From positions 13,314 to 77,313 of the forward strand of contig DBIU01000015.1 of assembly GCA_002304735.1 (NCBI GenBank): DNA of 64,000 nt, written 5' to 3'. This document shows, piece by piece, positions 39,878 to 49,839 of this stretch; positions within the stretch are counted from its first letter, which is position 1, and each line of letters starts with the position of its first letter. This DNA is from Ruminococcaceae bacterium UBA794 (GTDB lineage: Bacteria; Bacillota; Clostridia; Oscillospirales; Ruminococcaceae). Under the pieces are notes generated by a model. It had not been told where the DNA came from. It was given only the letters and a program-made list of their open reading frames with translations, and searched no databases. Both the position numbers and the translations under genes were made by a program.

Positions 39878-41839
39878 TTATTCCTCGCCCTCTGCCTCTG
39901 CGTTATCCTCGGCAAGAGCCTTGATGGAGAGGCTTACTCTCTCGCGCTCCTCGTCGATTTCGATAATCTTAACCTCAACCTCCTGTCCAACGCTGAGAAC
40001 AGACGCGATATTCGCAACTCTCTCGGTTGAAATCTGGCTGATGTGGATAAGTCCGTCAACGCCCGGAATAATCTGCGCAAACGCGCCGAACTCGGTTATC
40101 GAAACGATTGTCGCCTTGATAACGTCGCCCTTCTTATACTCCGAAACAAACTTGTTCCAAGGATTGTCCTCGGGGTCCTTTGCGCTCAGCGAAACACGCT
40201 TCTTCTCGGGGTCGAACGACTTTACGATTACCGTAATCTTGTCGCCAACCTTTACGATGTCCTTCGGATGACCAACGCGGTTCCATGTGAGGTCCGCGGT
40301 GTGTACAAGTCCGTCAACGGCGCCGATATCAACGAATACGCCGTAATTCTCAATAGAGCGAACCTCGCCCTCGAACTTGTCGCCAACCTTGATTGTTTCC
40401 CAGAACTTTGCCTTGGCAGCGTCGCGCACTTCCTTATTCGCAAGGCGAATAGAGCCGACAACTCTGCCGCCGCGCTCGTTGCTTACCTCGATAATCTTAA
40501 ACTTAACGGGCTTCTTTACGAGGTCCTCAAGCTTGCCGCCGCGCGGAATACCCGTGTGCGAGCCGGGAATAAACACTCTCGTGTTCTCGTAAATTACGAT
40601 TACGCCGCCCTTTACAACCTGCGCAACAGTGCCTTCGATTGTTTCGTTTGCGTCCTTGACAGCCTGAAGCTTCTCAAGTCCGAGCGCTGCGTCAACGCGC
40701 TTCTTGGACAGCGCAACGGTTCCAACGTTATCGTCAACCTTGATTACAACAGCGTCGATAACATCGCCGGGCTTTACAACGTCCTCAACCTCGGCGTTCG
40801 GGTCGTTCGTCAATTCTTCGCGGACTATGTAGCCTGTCTGCTTTGCGCCGACTTCAACTACCGCTTCTTTCTTCGATACGCTTACAATCGTAGCCTTAAC
40901 TCTTTTGCCGGTATATAATCTCGTAAAAGACTGGTCCTGCTCGAGCAGCGAAGCAAAGTCCTCCTCATTTTCATTTGTGGTTTTGATTTCTTCGTTCATT
41001 CTCTCATGAACCTCCTTAATGATATAACCGGGGGTCGAAGCTCCGGCTGTTATGCCGACTACGCAATCGGCGGGCAGACTTCTCACAGCCTGCCATGGCA
41101 TATCCTCGGCGCTTGTCGCAAATACCGTTTTCGTGTATTCTCGGCATATCTCCGCAAGCCGCCTCGTGTTCGAGCTGCTTCTTCCTCCGACGACAACCAT
41201 CAAAGCCGCTCGTTTCGCAAGCTCCCGCGCACTTTCCTGTCGCTTCGCGGTCGCACTGCATATTGTGTCGTTTATTTCAACGCGAGGGTATTTCTCCCGT
41301 ATCTCACGGGCAATTTCAAGAAATCTCTCGCGGTCGAAGGTGGTCTGAACGACAAGCGCGGCTTTTTCCTCCGCTCCTATCGTGCCATTCTCAATCAATT
41401 CCTCGATTTCGCCGAAGCTTTTCACTGCGTAAGCCCTGCGAACCGAGTTCCCCATAATCCCGATAACCTCGGGGTGGTCCTTATCGCCGAGTATTATCAG
41501 CGCGCCGTCAGCCGACAGCCCGCTCACAATCCCGTGTATCTTCGCGACAAACGGGCAGGTCGCGTCAAAAACCGCTCTGCAAAGCCTTTCCGCGCACTCT
41601 TTCACGCTTTTCGGAACACCGTGGGAACGTATTATCAGCGCTTCTCCCTCGGCTTCCTCAACGCAATCCGCTGCGCACACGCCTTTTTTCTGCAAATCCT
41701 CAACGACAGCCTCGTTATGTATCAGCTCGCCGAGCGTCTTTACCCTTCCAAACCTTGCGGCTGCGCCCTCGGCTATCTCAACCGCCCGCCGAACCCCGAA
41801 GCAAAACCCCGCGTTTTCGGCTATTTCTATATCAATCAT
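39878..41839 (-). CDS. ispH: Bifunctional 4-hydroxy-3-methylbut-2-enyl diphosphate reductase / 30S ribosomal protein S1
   Basis: AGFCFGVRRA, DATCPFV, TICSAT..RQ, GITAGASTP, followed by four S1 repeats. Confidence 0.96.
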   Translation of the reverse strand: MIDIEIAENAGFCFGVRRAVEIAEGAAARFGRVKTLGELIHNEAVVEDLQKKGVCAADCVEEAEGEALIIRSHGVPKSVKECAERLCRAVFDATCPFVAKIHGIVSGLSADGALIILGDKDHPEVIGIMGNSVRRAYAVKSFGEIEELIENGTIGAEEKAALVVQTTFDRERFLEIAREIREKYPRVEINDTICSATAKRQESARELAKRAALMVVVGGRSSSNTRRLAEICREYTKTVFATSAEDMPWQAVRSLPADCVVGITAGASTPGYIIKEVHERMNEEIKTTNENEEDFASLLEQDQSFTRLYTGKRVKATIVSVSKKEAVVEVGAKQTGYIVREELTNDPNAEVEDVVKPGDVIDAVVIKVDDNVGTVALSKKRVDAALGLEKLQAVKDANETIEGTVAQVVKGGVIVIYENTRVFIPGSHTGIPRGGKLEDLVKKPVKFKIIEVSNERGGRVVGSIRLANKEVRDAAKAKFWETIKVGDKFEGEVRSIENYGVFVDIGAVDGLVHTADLTWNRVGHPKDIVKVGDKITVIVKSFDPEKKRVSLSAKDPEDNPWNKFVSEYKKGDVIKATIVSITEFGAFAQIIPGVDGLIHISQISTERVANIASVLSVGQEVEVKIIEIDEERERVSLSIKALAEDNAEAEGEE

Positions 41840-41847
41840 TTGAACTA

Positions 41848-42453
41848 TTACTCAATTTCGGGAGCGTTCTCTTTCAGCGCGATTATCTCGCCCATTATCA
41901 TCTTGCTTATCCTGTGAATTTCGTGCCTGTCCTCAATATTAATCTCGAACTTCTCCGGAGGAATAAGCTCTCCCACGCTCACAATCACTTTCCTGCGTAT
42001 CGCGCGCTTCTTCCCATATCTTATAAACACGGGCGCAACCGCGACTCCCGCCTGCGCCGCAACCATCGAAACTCCGCTTTTCGGCTTTCCGAGCTTGCCC
42101 GTCTTTGAACGCGTTCCCTCGGGGAAAATCACGAAATTCCACCCCTTTTTCAAGCCGTCAAGCGCCTTGTCGATACCCGACGAATCCCGCGCCCCGCGCT
42201 TTATCGGATACGCGTGGAGGTGCCGCAAAACCCAAGTGAAAAGCTTGTTCTTTTGGAACAGCTCCTCCTTCGCCATAAACGTGCAAACTCCCTTAAACGT
42301 AATCCCAATCATCGGCGGGTCGAAGTTTGAAACGTGATTTGAAGCGATTATTATTCCGCCTTTTTTCGGAATATTCTCTTTGCCGATTAATTTTATGCTG
42401 AATTTAATATGATAAATAATCCAAACTATCACGCGTCCTATGCAATATAACAT
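41848..42453 (-). CDS. plsC: 1-acyl-sn-glycerol-3-phosphate acyltransferase
   Basis: NHVSNFD, FMAKEELF, IFPEGTRS. Confidence 0.92.
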   Translation of the reverse strand: MLYCIGRVIVWIIYHIKFSIKLIGKENIPKKGGIIIASNHVSNFDPPMIGITFKGVCTFMAKEELFQKNKLFTWVLRHLHAYPIKRGARDSSGIDKALDGLKKGWNFVIFPEGTRSKTGKLGKPKSGVSMVAAQAGVAVAPVFIRYGKKRAIRRKVIVSVGELIPPEKFEINIEDRHEIHRISKMIMGEIIALKENAPEIE

Positions 42454-42454
42454 C

Positions 42455-43123
42455 TCACAAACGCTCCTTAACCGTCCTGCACACAAGCTCCACGCTCTCC
42501 TCGAAGCTCAGCCCCGTCGTGTCCGCAAGAACCGCGTCGGCAGCACGCTTCAAGGGCGCGTTCGCCCTGTGAGAATCGTTATAATCGCGCTTGTTCAAGT
42601 CCGCGAGAACCTCCTCAAACGTCGTTTGGCTTCCCTTTTTCTTCAGCTCGTCAAAACGCCTGCGCGCCCTTTCCTCAGCCGAAGCCGTCAGAAATATCTT
42701 CACGTCCGCGTTCGGCAGAACAACCGTCCCGATATCGCGTCCGTCCATTATCACATCGTTCTTCTGGGCAATCTCCCGCTGTATCCCAAGCAGCGCCGCT
42801 CTCACTCCCGCAACCGCGGAAACCGCGCTCGCCGCCATAGAAATCTCGGGCAGCCTTATCTCCTCGGAAACGTCCCGCCCGTTCAAATAAACGTGCTGCG
42901 TCCCGTCGACAAGCCTTATCTCAACCTTTATCCCGTCAAGCGCCGCGGTTATCTCCCGCTCGCTTTCGAGGTCGGCGCCGTTTTCCGTGCAATACAGCCC
43001 AACCGCCCTGTAAAGCGCGCCCGTATCGCAATAAATATAGCCGAGCCGCCTTGCGCTTTCGCGCGCAACCGTGCTCTTTCCCGCGCCGACAGGCCCGTCA
43101 ATCGCGACAGAAATATGCTTCAA
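42455..43123 (-). CDS. cmk: Cytidylate kinase
   Basis: AIDGPVGAGKST, DTGALYR, MDGRDIGTVVLP. Confidence 0.97.
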   Translation of the reverse strand: MKHISVAIDGPVGAGKSTVARESARRLGYIYCDTGALYRAVGLYCTENGADLESEREITAALDGIKVEIRLVDGTQHVYLNGRDVSEEIRLPEISMAASAVSAVAGVRAALLGIQREIAQKNDVIMDGRDIGTVVLPNADVKIFLTASAEERARRRFDELKKKGSQTTFEEVLADLNKRDYNDSHRANAPLKRAADAVLADTTGLSFEESVELVCRTVKERL

Positions 43124-43354
43124 CTTGTTTTCACCCCGGAATTTTTTTCAAGGATACTGTGTGTTTTGCCGCAGATTGTTGTATAAAACAAGCCTGTAAT
43201 CCTTTGTAATCACTTCATTATAACATATTATTCGATAAATTGCAAGGGCTTTTTATCAATTCTTCGTGGAAAAAGACGTTCTGAACATATTTTGAAGAAA
43301 TTTTGTAGACAAGCACAATTTTTCACATAAAATTTCGTGCATTTTAACAAACAT

Positions 43355-44572
43355 TTAAGCGTTTTCGCCCGCAAGTTTTCCTGTCGAAAAAGCAATTTGC
43401 AGATTAAATCCGCCCGTGTACGCGTCAACGTCAATTATTTCTCCCGCGAAAAACAAGCCCTTTACAAGCCTGCTTTCCATTGTTTTCGGGGAAATTTCGC
43501 TTGTTTTTATGCCGCCGCGCGTTATTATCGCTTCGTCAAGCGGTCGGAAATCACGGATATTCAAGCGAAGATTTTTCAGCGTATTCACCAAAGTTTTGCG
43601 CTCGATTTTAGTGATTTCGTCAACCTTCTTGTCCGAAGATATTCCCGTAATCTCGGAAAAAGCGCCGCAAAGCTCGCTCGGAAGCAGCTTCCGAAGCGCC
43701 TCGCCGAACGGTTTCCCACGATTTTCCGAAAATTCCCGCAAAAGCCGCGCGTCAAGCTTCTCGGCGCTTAGGGCGGGTTTCAAGTCGAGCATTACGGAAT
43801 ATCGTCCGCGCTTCATCTCCGAAATATGCGCCGACGCGCTTAAAATCGTCGCTCCGCCAAGACCGTCAGCCGTGAACGCGACCTCCCCGAAATCCTCGTA
43901 AACCGCCTTTTCTCCGTCAAGCAGCTTCATCGCGGTGTTCTTCAGCGTCAATCCGCAGGCGCTTTTCACCCACTTTTCCTCCGTCACAAGCGGCACAAGC
44001 GACGGCGCAGGCTCTATCACGGTATGCCCAGCCTGCTTCGCGAGAGCGTATCCCGAGCCGTCCGAGCCTGTTTTCGGGTAGGATTTTCCGCCCGCGGCGA
44101 CAATTACCGAACGAGCAAAATGTTCGCCCGCGCTCGTTTTCACGCCGCGGCACGCGTTATCGTCAATTATCAGCGAAAGCGCCTTTTCGCGCGCTATCTT
44201 TACGTCAAGCCGCCGCAGCTCGCGCTCCAGCGCCGCCACGACGTCCCCCGCCTTATCCGAAACGGGAAAAACGCGCTTTCCGCGCTCCGTTTTCAGCGGC
44301 ACTCCAAGCTCCTCGAAAAAAGCCATAGTTTCGCTCGGCGGGAACTTCGCAAACGCGCCGTAAAGAAATTTCGCGTTGCGCGGAACGTTCGCAAGAGCTT
44401 CTTCCACAGAGCAATCGTTCGTCACGTTGCATCTGCCCTTGCCCGTTATCGCGAGCTTTCGCCCAAGCCGCTCGTTTCGCTCAATCAGCAAAACGCTTTT
44501 TCCGAGCCGAGCCGCCGTAATCGCAGCCGTCATTCCCGCGGCGCCTCCGCCGATTACGATAATATCACACAT
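43355..44572 (-). CDS. HI0933/BaiN-family NAD(P)/FAD-dependent oxidoreductase
   Basis: IGGGAAG, GRKLAITGKGRCNVTN, GGKSYPKTGSDG, TGGFNLQIAFSTG. Confidence 0.93.
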   Translation of the reverse strand: MCDIIVIGGGAAGMTAAITAARLGKSVLLIERNERLGRKLAITGKGRCNVTNDCSVEEALANVPRNAKFLYGAFAKFPPSETMAFFEELGVPLKTERGKRVFPVSDKAGDVVAALERELRRLDVKIAREKALSLIIDDNACRGVKTSAGEHFARSVIVAAGGKSYPKTGSDGSGYALAKQAGHTVIEPAPSLVPLVTEEKWVKSACGLTLKNTAMKLLDGEKAVYEDFGEVAFTADGLGGATILSASAHISEMKRGRYSVMLDLKPALSAEKLDARLLREFSENRGKPFGEALRKLLPSELCGAFSEITGISSDKKVDEITKIERKTLVNTLKNLRLNIRDFRPLDEAIITRGGIKTSEISPKTMESRLVKGLFFAGEIIDVDAYTGGFNLQIAFSTGKLAGENA

Positions 44573-45425
44573 CTTTCTTGTACACGCCGTTGCTGTCCCA
44601 AAGCTGTTCAAGACGGCTGAACGTGTTCTCCGCGCGGCAGCGGTTTCCGCTCGACACAGCCGCGATTATCGCGTTAATCAGGCTCATCGGCGCTACAAGG
44701 CTGTCCACAAACGATACCATATCCGAATAAGCGTAAAGACGCGTGTGCGCATACTGGACAAGAGGAGAGCTTTCGCTGTCCGTTATCGCGATAATCTGCG
44801 CGCCCTCGTCGCGTGCGAAATGGCACGCTTCAATCGTACTCTTTGCGTATCTCGGAAAGCTCATCGCAATAAGCAAGTCGCCCTCGCCTATGTGTATCAT
44901 CTGCTGATAAAGCTCGGTCGTGCCAACGCTTCCGACAAGCGTTACGTTATCATAAATGAAGCGCAGATAATAATTCATAAAATTCGCCAAAATACTCGAC
45001 GACATCGCGCCCTGAATGTATATCCGCTTCGCGCTGTTTATCACCTCGACCGCGTTTTCGAAGCTCTGCATATCAATCCCCTCGAGAGTGCGGCGGATTT
45101 TGTCGATATCTTGATTGAGAACCGCCGCGACGGGGTTTTCATCGCCTATTCTGCTGCGCGTTACGTCCATTCTCTGAACAGCCGTAAGCCTGTTTTTAAT
45201 GTGATTTTGAAGCGAACGCTGGAGCTGCGGATAGCCCTCGTAGCCAAGCTCAATCGCAAAACGAACCACCGTCGATTCGCTTACTCCAACCGTTCTTCCA
45301 AGCTTCAGCGCCGTCATATACGCGGCTTTTTCATAATGCTCGAGAATAAAATTCGCGATAAGCTTTTGGCTCTTTGAAAAGCCCGGCTTCATTTCTTCTA
45401 TCTTTTTCAGCAAATCGTCGTTCAT
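44565..45425 (-). CDS. MurR/RpiR-family transcriptional regulator
   Basis: VSESTVVRFAIELGYEGY HTH plus SIS domain (SFPRY, IAITDSESSPL). Confidence 0.94.
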   Translation of the reverse strand: MNDDLLKKIEEMKPGFSKSQKLIANFILEHYEKAAYMTALKLGRTVGVSESTVVRFAIELGYEGYPQLQRSLQNHIKNRLTAVQRMDVTRSRIGDENPVAAVLNQDIDKIRRTLEGIDMQSFENAVEVINSAKRIYIQGAMSSSILANFMNYYLRFIYDNVTLVGSVGTTELYQQMIHIGEGDLLIAMSFPRYAKSTIEACHFARDEGAQIIAITDSESSPLVQYAHTRLYAYSDMVSFVDSLVAPMSLINAIIAAVSSGNRCRAENTFSRLEQLWDSNGVYKKDV

Positions 45426-45487
45426 TTTACGCCTCCGTTGCGCCGCGATTTTTCTTTTTCCTGCGGCGGCTTATAATCTTACCTATT

Positions 45488-45516
45488 TATAATACTACTT
45501 TTCACGCATTTTTGCA
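45488..45516 (-). promoter_or_regulatory. Sigma-A promoter of the rpiR gene
   Basis: Minus strand TTGCAA-N17-TATTAT. Confidence 0.6.
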
Positions 45517-45570
45517 AGTCCTTTTTTCAAATCTTTCATAAAACTGTGCAGTTTTTTGCAGTTGGGGGTG

Positions 45571-45626
45571 TGTTATTATCTAGTCAGCGGAAGGGAAAAC
45601 GCTTCCGCACATCAAAGAAAAGGAGG
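45571..45626 (+). promoter_or_regulatory. Extended -10 promoter, leader hairpin and RBS of the phage-derived operon
   Basis: TGnTATTAT (45571-45579), no good -35; GCGGAAG-N8-CTTCCGC hairpin (45587-45608); AAGGAGG. Confidence 0.45.
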
Positions 45627-45633
45627 AATTTAA

Positions 45634-46989
45634 TTGAGCCTTAAAAGCTTGCTTTTCGGCAGGCAAAAGCTCCCCGAAAACTCCGCGCTTTCCGCTTTCT
45701 ATTCGGGCGATATCGCGAAATGGAACGATATCTACCGCGGCGGCGGCGACTGGCGCTACGTCCGAAAGGGCGGTATGAACGGCGGCACAAGAAAAATCGC
45801 GTCGCTCGGCGCCGCAAAAGCGGTCTGCGCGGAGCTTTCACGGCTTTGCTTTACCGAAGGCACGGAGCTTGTCTGCTCCGACAAGGAAACCGAGAATTAC
45901 CTCAAAACGGTGTTTAACGACAACGGCTTTCCCGAGAGATTTTCCGACTTCCTTGAAAAAATGTTCGCGCTCGGCGGCGGCGTTATCAAGGTCTGCTGGG
46001 ACGGCGCACCGAAGCTCGACTTCGTTTCCGCGGACGCCTTCGTTCCCACGAAATGGGACGGCAGAGGCATTTTTGGCGGCGCGTTCGGGTCGATTGCCTC
46101 GAAAAACGGCAAAAGCTTCTTTCTCGCCGAAACGCAGGAGATAACCCCGCAGGGTCTGCTCACGCAGAACAGGCTTTTCCGCGATAACGGAAGCGAAGTC
46201 CCGCTTTCGGAGTGCTTCCCCGATTTGACCGAAAAGAGCGCTCTCGAGGGCCTTTCAAAGCCGCTGTTCGTCTACTTCCGCGCGGCTTCGGGAACGCTTC
46301 CGCAATGCCCGCCGCTCGGCGCTTCGGTTTTCGCGGGAGCTGAGGATACCCTCAAATCAATCGACGTCGTTTTCGACTCGCTTTCAAGGGAGTTTATCCT
46401 CGGAAAAAAGAGGATTATCGTGCCGTCCTATGCGGTTCGCGGCGAATACGACGAGAACGGCGAGCTTAAACGTTATTTCGACGTCAACGACGAGGTTTTC
46501 GAGGTATTTTCGACGTCGGATACGGACGAGCTTAAAATCTCCGACAACACCGCCGAGCTTCGCGTAACTCAGCACGTCGAGGCACTCGGCGAACTGCTTG
46601 ACCTGCTTTGCGTTCAGGTCGGGCTTTCGGAAGGCGCGCTGTCCTACAAGAACGGCACCGTCCGCACGGCGACCGAGGTCGTTTCACGCAACAGCAGGAC
46701 CTATCGCACGACCTGTTTTTACAGGAAGCTGATTGCAAAGAGCCTTGAACGCGTGGCGCAGAACGTGATTGTTCTCGCGAAAATGGCGGGAGCGCTCTCC
46801 CCGAACGCTTCGGAGGACGTTCAAATCCGCTTTGCGGACGGTGTTTGCGAGGACGAGGGAACGCGCGCCGAACGCGCCGCCTCGCTCTACAAAAACGGCT
46901 TGATTTCAAGAGCCAGAGCGCTTTCCGAGATTTACGGAATTACGCTTGACGCGGCAAAGGCTATGGAAACGGAGGATTTCAATGGATAA
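45634..46989 (+). CDS. Phage portal protein (SPP1 Gp6/A118-like)
   Basis: SLGAAKAVCAELSRL, PLGASVFA...LKSID, EFILGKKRIIVP, TATEVVS.NS.TY; TTG start with strong RBS. Confidence 0.88.
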   Translation: MSLKSLLFGRQKLPENSALSAFYSGDIAKWNDIYRGGGDWRYVRKGGMNGGTRKIASLGAAKAVCAELSRLCFTEGTELVCSDKETENYLKTVFNDNGFPERFSDFLEKMFALGGGVIKVCWDGAPKLDFVSADAFVPTKWDGRGIFGGAFGSIASKNGKSFFLAETQEITPQGLLTQNRLFRDNGSEVPLSECFPDLTEKSALEGLSKPLFVYFRAASGTLPQCPPLGASVFAGAEDTLKSIDVVFDSLSREFILGKKRIIVPSYAVRGEYDENGELKRYFDVNDEVFEVFSTSDTDELKISDNTAELRVTQHVEALGELLDLLCVQVGLSEGALSYKNGTVRTATEVVSRNSRTYRTTCFYRKLIAKSLERVAQNVIVLAKMAGALSPNASEDVQIRFADGVCEDEGTRAERAASLYKNGLISRARALSEIYGITLDAAKAMETEDFNG

Positions 46990-47392
46990 CGAAACGATTG
47001 AACGGCAGATTTCCGAGAATGTTCCCGAGAACGCTCCGGAAATCGCCGAAAACGATGTTCTCAGCGAGAAAAACGCCGAGATTGACGCGCTGAAAAAGGA
47101 ACTCGGAGAATGTTCCCAGCGCCTGCTCAGCCTCAATCTCACGCTCTCCGAAGCGGAAACAAAGCTTGCGCTTCTGATGTCGGGAGCGGCAAAGGAAAGG
47201 CTTTCCGAGGCGCTTGCGCTGACGTCCGTTCTCTGCAAATCGGGGAAAACTCCCGAGGAAGCGGCAATGGAAATAATCTCGGCGTATCCGCATCTCAAAG
47301 CGGTTCAGCGCGATATTCCGCGCTTCTCGGCGGGAGGCTCGGGCGAAAGCGACGGTTTTTCCGCCGTTCGCAGAATTTTCTCGGCGAGATAA
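46982..47392 (+). CDS. Putative capsid scaffolding protein
   Basis: Acidic N-terminus, coiled coil, ...YPHLK motif; lies between portal and capsid and overlaps the portal stop. Confidence 0.65.
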   Translation: MDNETIERQISENVPENAPEIAENDVLSEKNAEIDALKKELGECSQRLLSLNLTLSEAETKLALLMSGAAKERLSEALALTSVLCKSGKTPEEAAMEIISAYPHLKAVQRDIPRFSAGGSGESDGFSAVRRIFSAR

Positions 47393-47704
47393 AGCGAATT
47401 TGCCCTGAAGCTCGCGGCTGAAAGCGGTTTCACGGCAAAACAAAACAGCGGCGGGCGGGCGGGATTATTTTATCGCCGAAGCGGTGCAAACCAAAAGGGT
47501 TTCTTTTGCTATAAGGCACGGCGGCTTCGGCGAAACGGTCGGATTTCGGCGTTGGTCGGGATAAACGGCGCGAACTCGGAGAGGTTTTCTCAATAAATAA
47601 TCATCGCGCGGCGGTTTCTCCCGAAACGTCTTTTCCAAATACACAAAACATTTTTTATCAAAGCAGCCTCAAAAAGAGGTTGCCTTAAGAAAGGAAGTTT
47701 TATT

Positions 47705-48601
47705 ATGGCAAACACAATCGAATACGCAAAGGTTTTTCAGTCCGAACTCGACAAGCAGATTACCGAGGGCGCTACCTCGGGCTGGATGGAGGATAACGCT
47801 TCACGCGTTATCTACAACGGCGGAAGCGAAATCAAGATGCCCAAAATGTCGCTTAAGGGTCTTGCGAAATACGACCGCGACGACGGCTATGTAAGCGGCG
47901 CTATCACCTATTCCTATGAAACGATGACGATGAGTCAGGACAGAGGCAGACGTTTCCGCATAGACGCGCTCGACGTTGACGAAAGCGGCTTCGCGCTTGC
48001 GGCGGCAAATGTCGCGGCAGAATTTCAGCGCACCGAGGTTATCCCCGAAATTGACGCTTATCGTTATTCAAAGCTCGGCGCGGCGGCTTCTATCACCAAG
48101 ACCTACACTCCCGCCAAAAGCTCCGTTCTCTCCACTCTTATCGGTCAGATAAGCGCGGTTCGCGAGGCTGTCGGCGGCGACGGAGAGCTTGTCGTTACAA
48201 TGGCGCGCTCCGTTTACGATATGCTTATGCTCTCGAGCGAGGTTACTCATTCGCTTGACGCAGGCTCGTTCTCTCAGGGCGACCTTGAGCTTAACGTAAA
48301 GACAATCTGCGGCGCTTCCGTTATCCCCGTGCCGTCCTCTAGAATGATGTCCGCTTATACGTTCAGCGATACGGACGGCTTCGCAGCCGACGACGACGCC
48401 GTTCAGATAAACTGGATTATCTGCCCGAAGGACGCTCCCGTTGCCGTTTCAAAGACCGACAACATCAAGATTATCACCCCCGAACAGAACCAGTTCGCGG
48501 ACGCTTGGGATATCGACTACCGCAAGTATCACGACCTCTTTATCCCCGATAGCAAAAAGGCTGCAATCGCCGTTTGCAAGGCGAGTCAGACCACAACTTA
48601 A
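47705..48601 (+). CDS. Phage major capsid protein
   Basis: MANTIEYAKVF..LD, YNGGSEIKMPK, YDR..GY..G, QDRGRRF.ID..DVDE, EFQRTEVIPEIDAYRYSKL, YRKYHDLFI. Confidence 0.88.
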   Translation: MANTIEYAKVFQSELDKQITEGATSGWMEDNASRVIYNGGSEIKMPKMSLKGLAKYDRDDGYVSGAITYSYETMTMSQDRGRRFRIDALDVDESGFALAAANVAAEFQRTEVIPEIDAYRYSKLGAAASITKTYTPAKSSVLSTLIGQISAVREAVGGDGELVVTMARSVYDMLMLSSEVTHSLDAGSFSQGDLELNVKTICGASVIPVPSSRMMSAYTFSDTDGFAADDDAVQINWIICPKDAPVAVSKTDNIKIITPEQNQFADAWDIDYRKYHDLFIPDSKKAAIAVCKASQTTT

Positions 48602-48641
48602 GGCAGCTCCGTGAAATAAACGGCTGACGCCTTTATCACCG

Positions 48642-48675
48642 CGGCGGACGGCTCGGCGCTGTCCGCCGTTTTTTT
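48642..48675 (+). terminator. Intrinsic terminator after the major capsid gene
   Basis: CGGCGGACGGC-loop-GCTGTCCGCCG plus T7. Confidence 0.8.
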
Positions 48676-48697
48676 CAGCAAAACGAAAGGAGTTTTT

Positions 48698-49129
48698 ATG
48701 ATTATTACCGCAAACGAATACAAGGAAATGGGATTTGAGGCTTCCGACAGCGCTCTGCTTGAAAAGTGCATAAAACGCGCGGAATACGTTCTCAACGGCA
48801 TAAGCGGCGGCAGAGCCTCGATTATCGCCCTAGGAAAAGCTCCCGCAGCCGATTTCGTAAAGCAGGCGGCTGCGTTTCAGACTTACGCAATCTACCGCGA
48901 GGAAGCCGCTTTGAAAGCCGAAGCGGGCGAAACAAGCTCCTCCTCCTCGAAAACGGACGAGCGCGTGACAATCGGCGATTTCACCTACTCCACGGGTTCT
49001 TCCTCGGAAAGCTCCTCGGGAACGGCAGCCAAAATCGTTTCCTCCGAGCCGCTTGACATCAATCAAACCGTTGCAAGGCTTCTTCGCACAGCAGGCTGCT
49101 TCTATGGCGCGGCGGAGGTGAGAGAATGA
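48698..49129 (+). CDS. Putative head-tail adaptor (SPP1 gp15-like)
   Basis: Position after capsid; EY...G, ..RAE.VL, VKQAAAFQ, VTIGDFTYS, LL..AG.FY pattern. Confidence 0.6.
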   Translation: MIITANEYKEMGFEASDSALLEKCIKRAEYVLNGISGGRASIIALGKAPAADFVKQAAAFQTYAIYREEAALKAEAGETSSSSSKTDERVTIGDFTYSTGSSSESSSGTAAKIVSSEPLDINQTVARLLRTAGCFYGAAEVRE

Positions 49130-49473
49130 CGGTAAATCCTATTCCGAACAATCTTCTCGGCGATGAATTTTACCTCTGCGTTCCCACGAAAACAGGCTGG
49201 GACGAAACGCTCATCGAAAATGTCCGCGTCGAGAGAAAAAGCTCCGCAAGCGGACCGACCGACGCAAGTATCCGCGATAATTCCGAGCTTACAATCTGGT
49301 ATGATTACACAAATTCCTCCCCCGAGGCGGACTTCGCGGCAGGCGCGAGAGCGAGATATTACGGCGAGATTTTCGAGATAACGGAAGTGAAATTTTTCCG
49401 TGCGCAGGAGCTTCACCACTGCCGCATAAAGGCGGTCAAAACAGGCGGCAAACGCACCGATATTAATTTATAA
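49126..49473 (+). CDS. Putative head-closure / A118-type minor capsid protein
   Basis: PIP..LL, TLIENVRVE, LHH.RI pattern; ATGA overlap with the previous gene. Confidence 0.6.
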   Translation: MTVNPIPNNLLGDEFYLCVPTKTGWDETLIENVRVERKSSASGPTDASIRDNSELTIWYDYTNSSPEADFAAGARARYYGEIFEITEVKFFRAQELHHCRIKAVKTGGKRTDINL

Positions 49474-49485
49474 CGGGAGGTTTTT

Positions 49486-49830
49486 ATGACGATTACAATC
49501 AACGGCACTGCGTTTGACAGCGTGACTTCCCTTAACGTCAAGCGCGAAACGCGCCGCACGGATATCCGCTACAACACGCAGGGCGATATGCTTATCGACC
49601 TCGTTAACAGGAAATACGTTCTCGAGGCGACCTTCGGGCTTCTTTCCGAAAAGGAGATGAAAAAGCTTCGCGAGCTTTGCTCCGATATTTTCGTGTCGGT
49701 TACGTTCCCCTCGCCCGAGGGCTTGACGACAGCCGATTTTCATATTCCCGAGGAGCCTGCGCCCGTTGTTTCCGAGATAAACGGCACAAGGACTTACAGC
49801 GGAGTTAAGCTTAAATTCTTACAGAAATGA
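49486..49830 (+). CDS. Putative distal tail / tail-tip protein (DUF6711-like)
   Basis: ITING, RYNTQGDMLIDLVNRK, FVSVTFPSP, Y.GVKLKF.Q; GGGAGG RBS. Confidence 0.55.
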   Translation: MTITINGTAFDSVTSLNVKRETRRTDIRYNTQGDMLIDLVNRKYVLEATFGLLSEKEMKKLRELCSDIFVSVTFPSPEGLTTADFHIPEEPAPVVSEINGTRTYSGVKLKFLQK

Positions 49831-49839
49831 GGTGATTTT

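Noticed and set aside
39878..41839. IspH-S1 fusion as a novelty
   Set aside because: This fusion is well known in Clostridia
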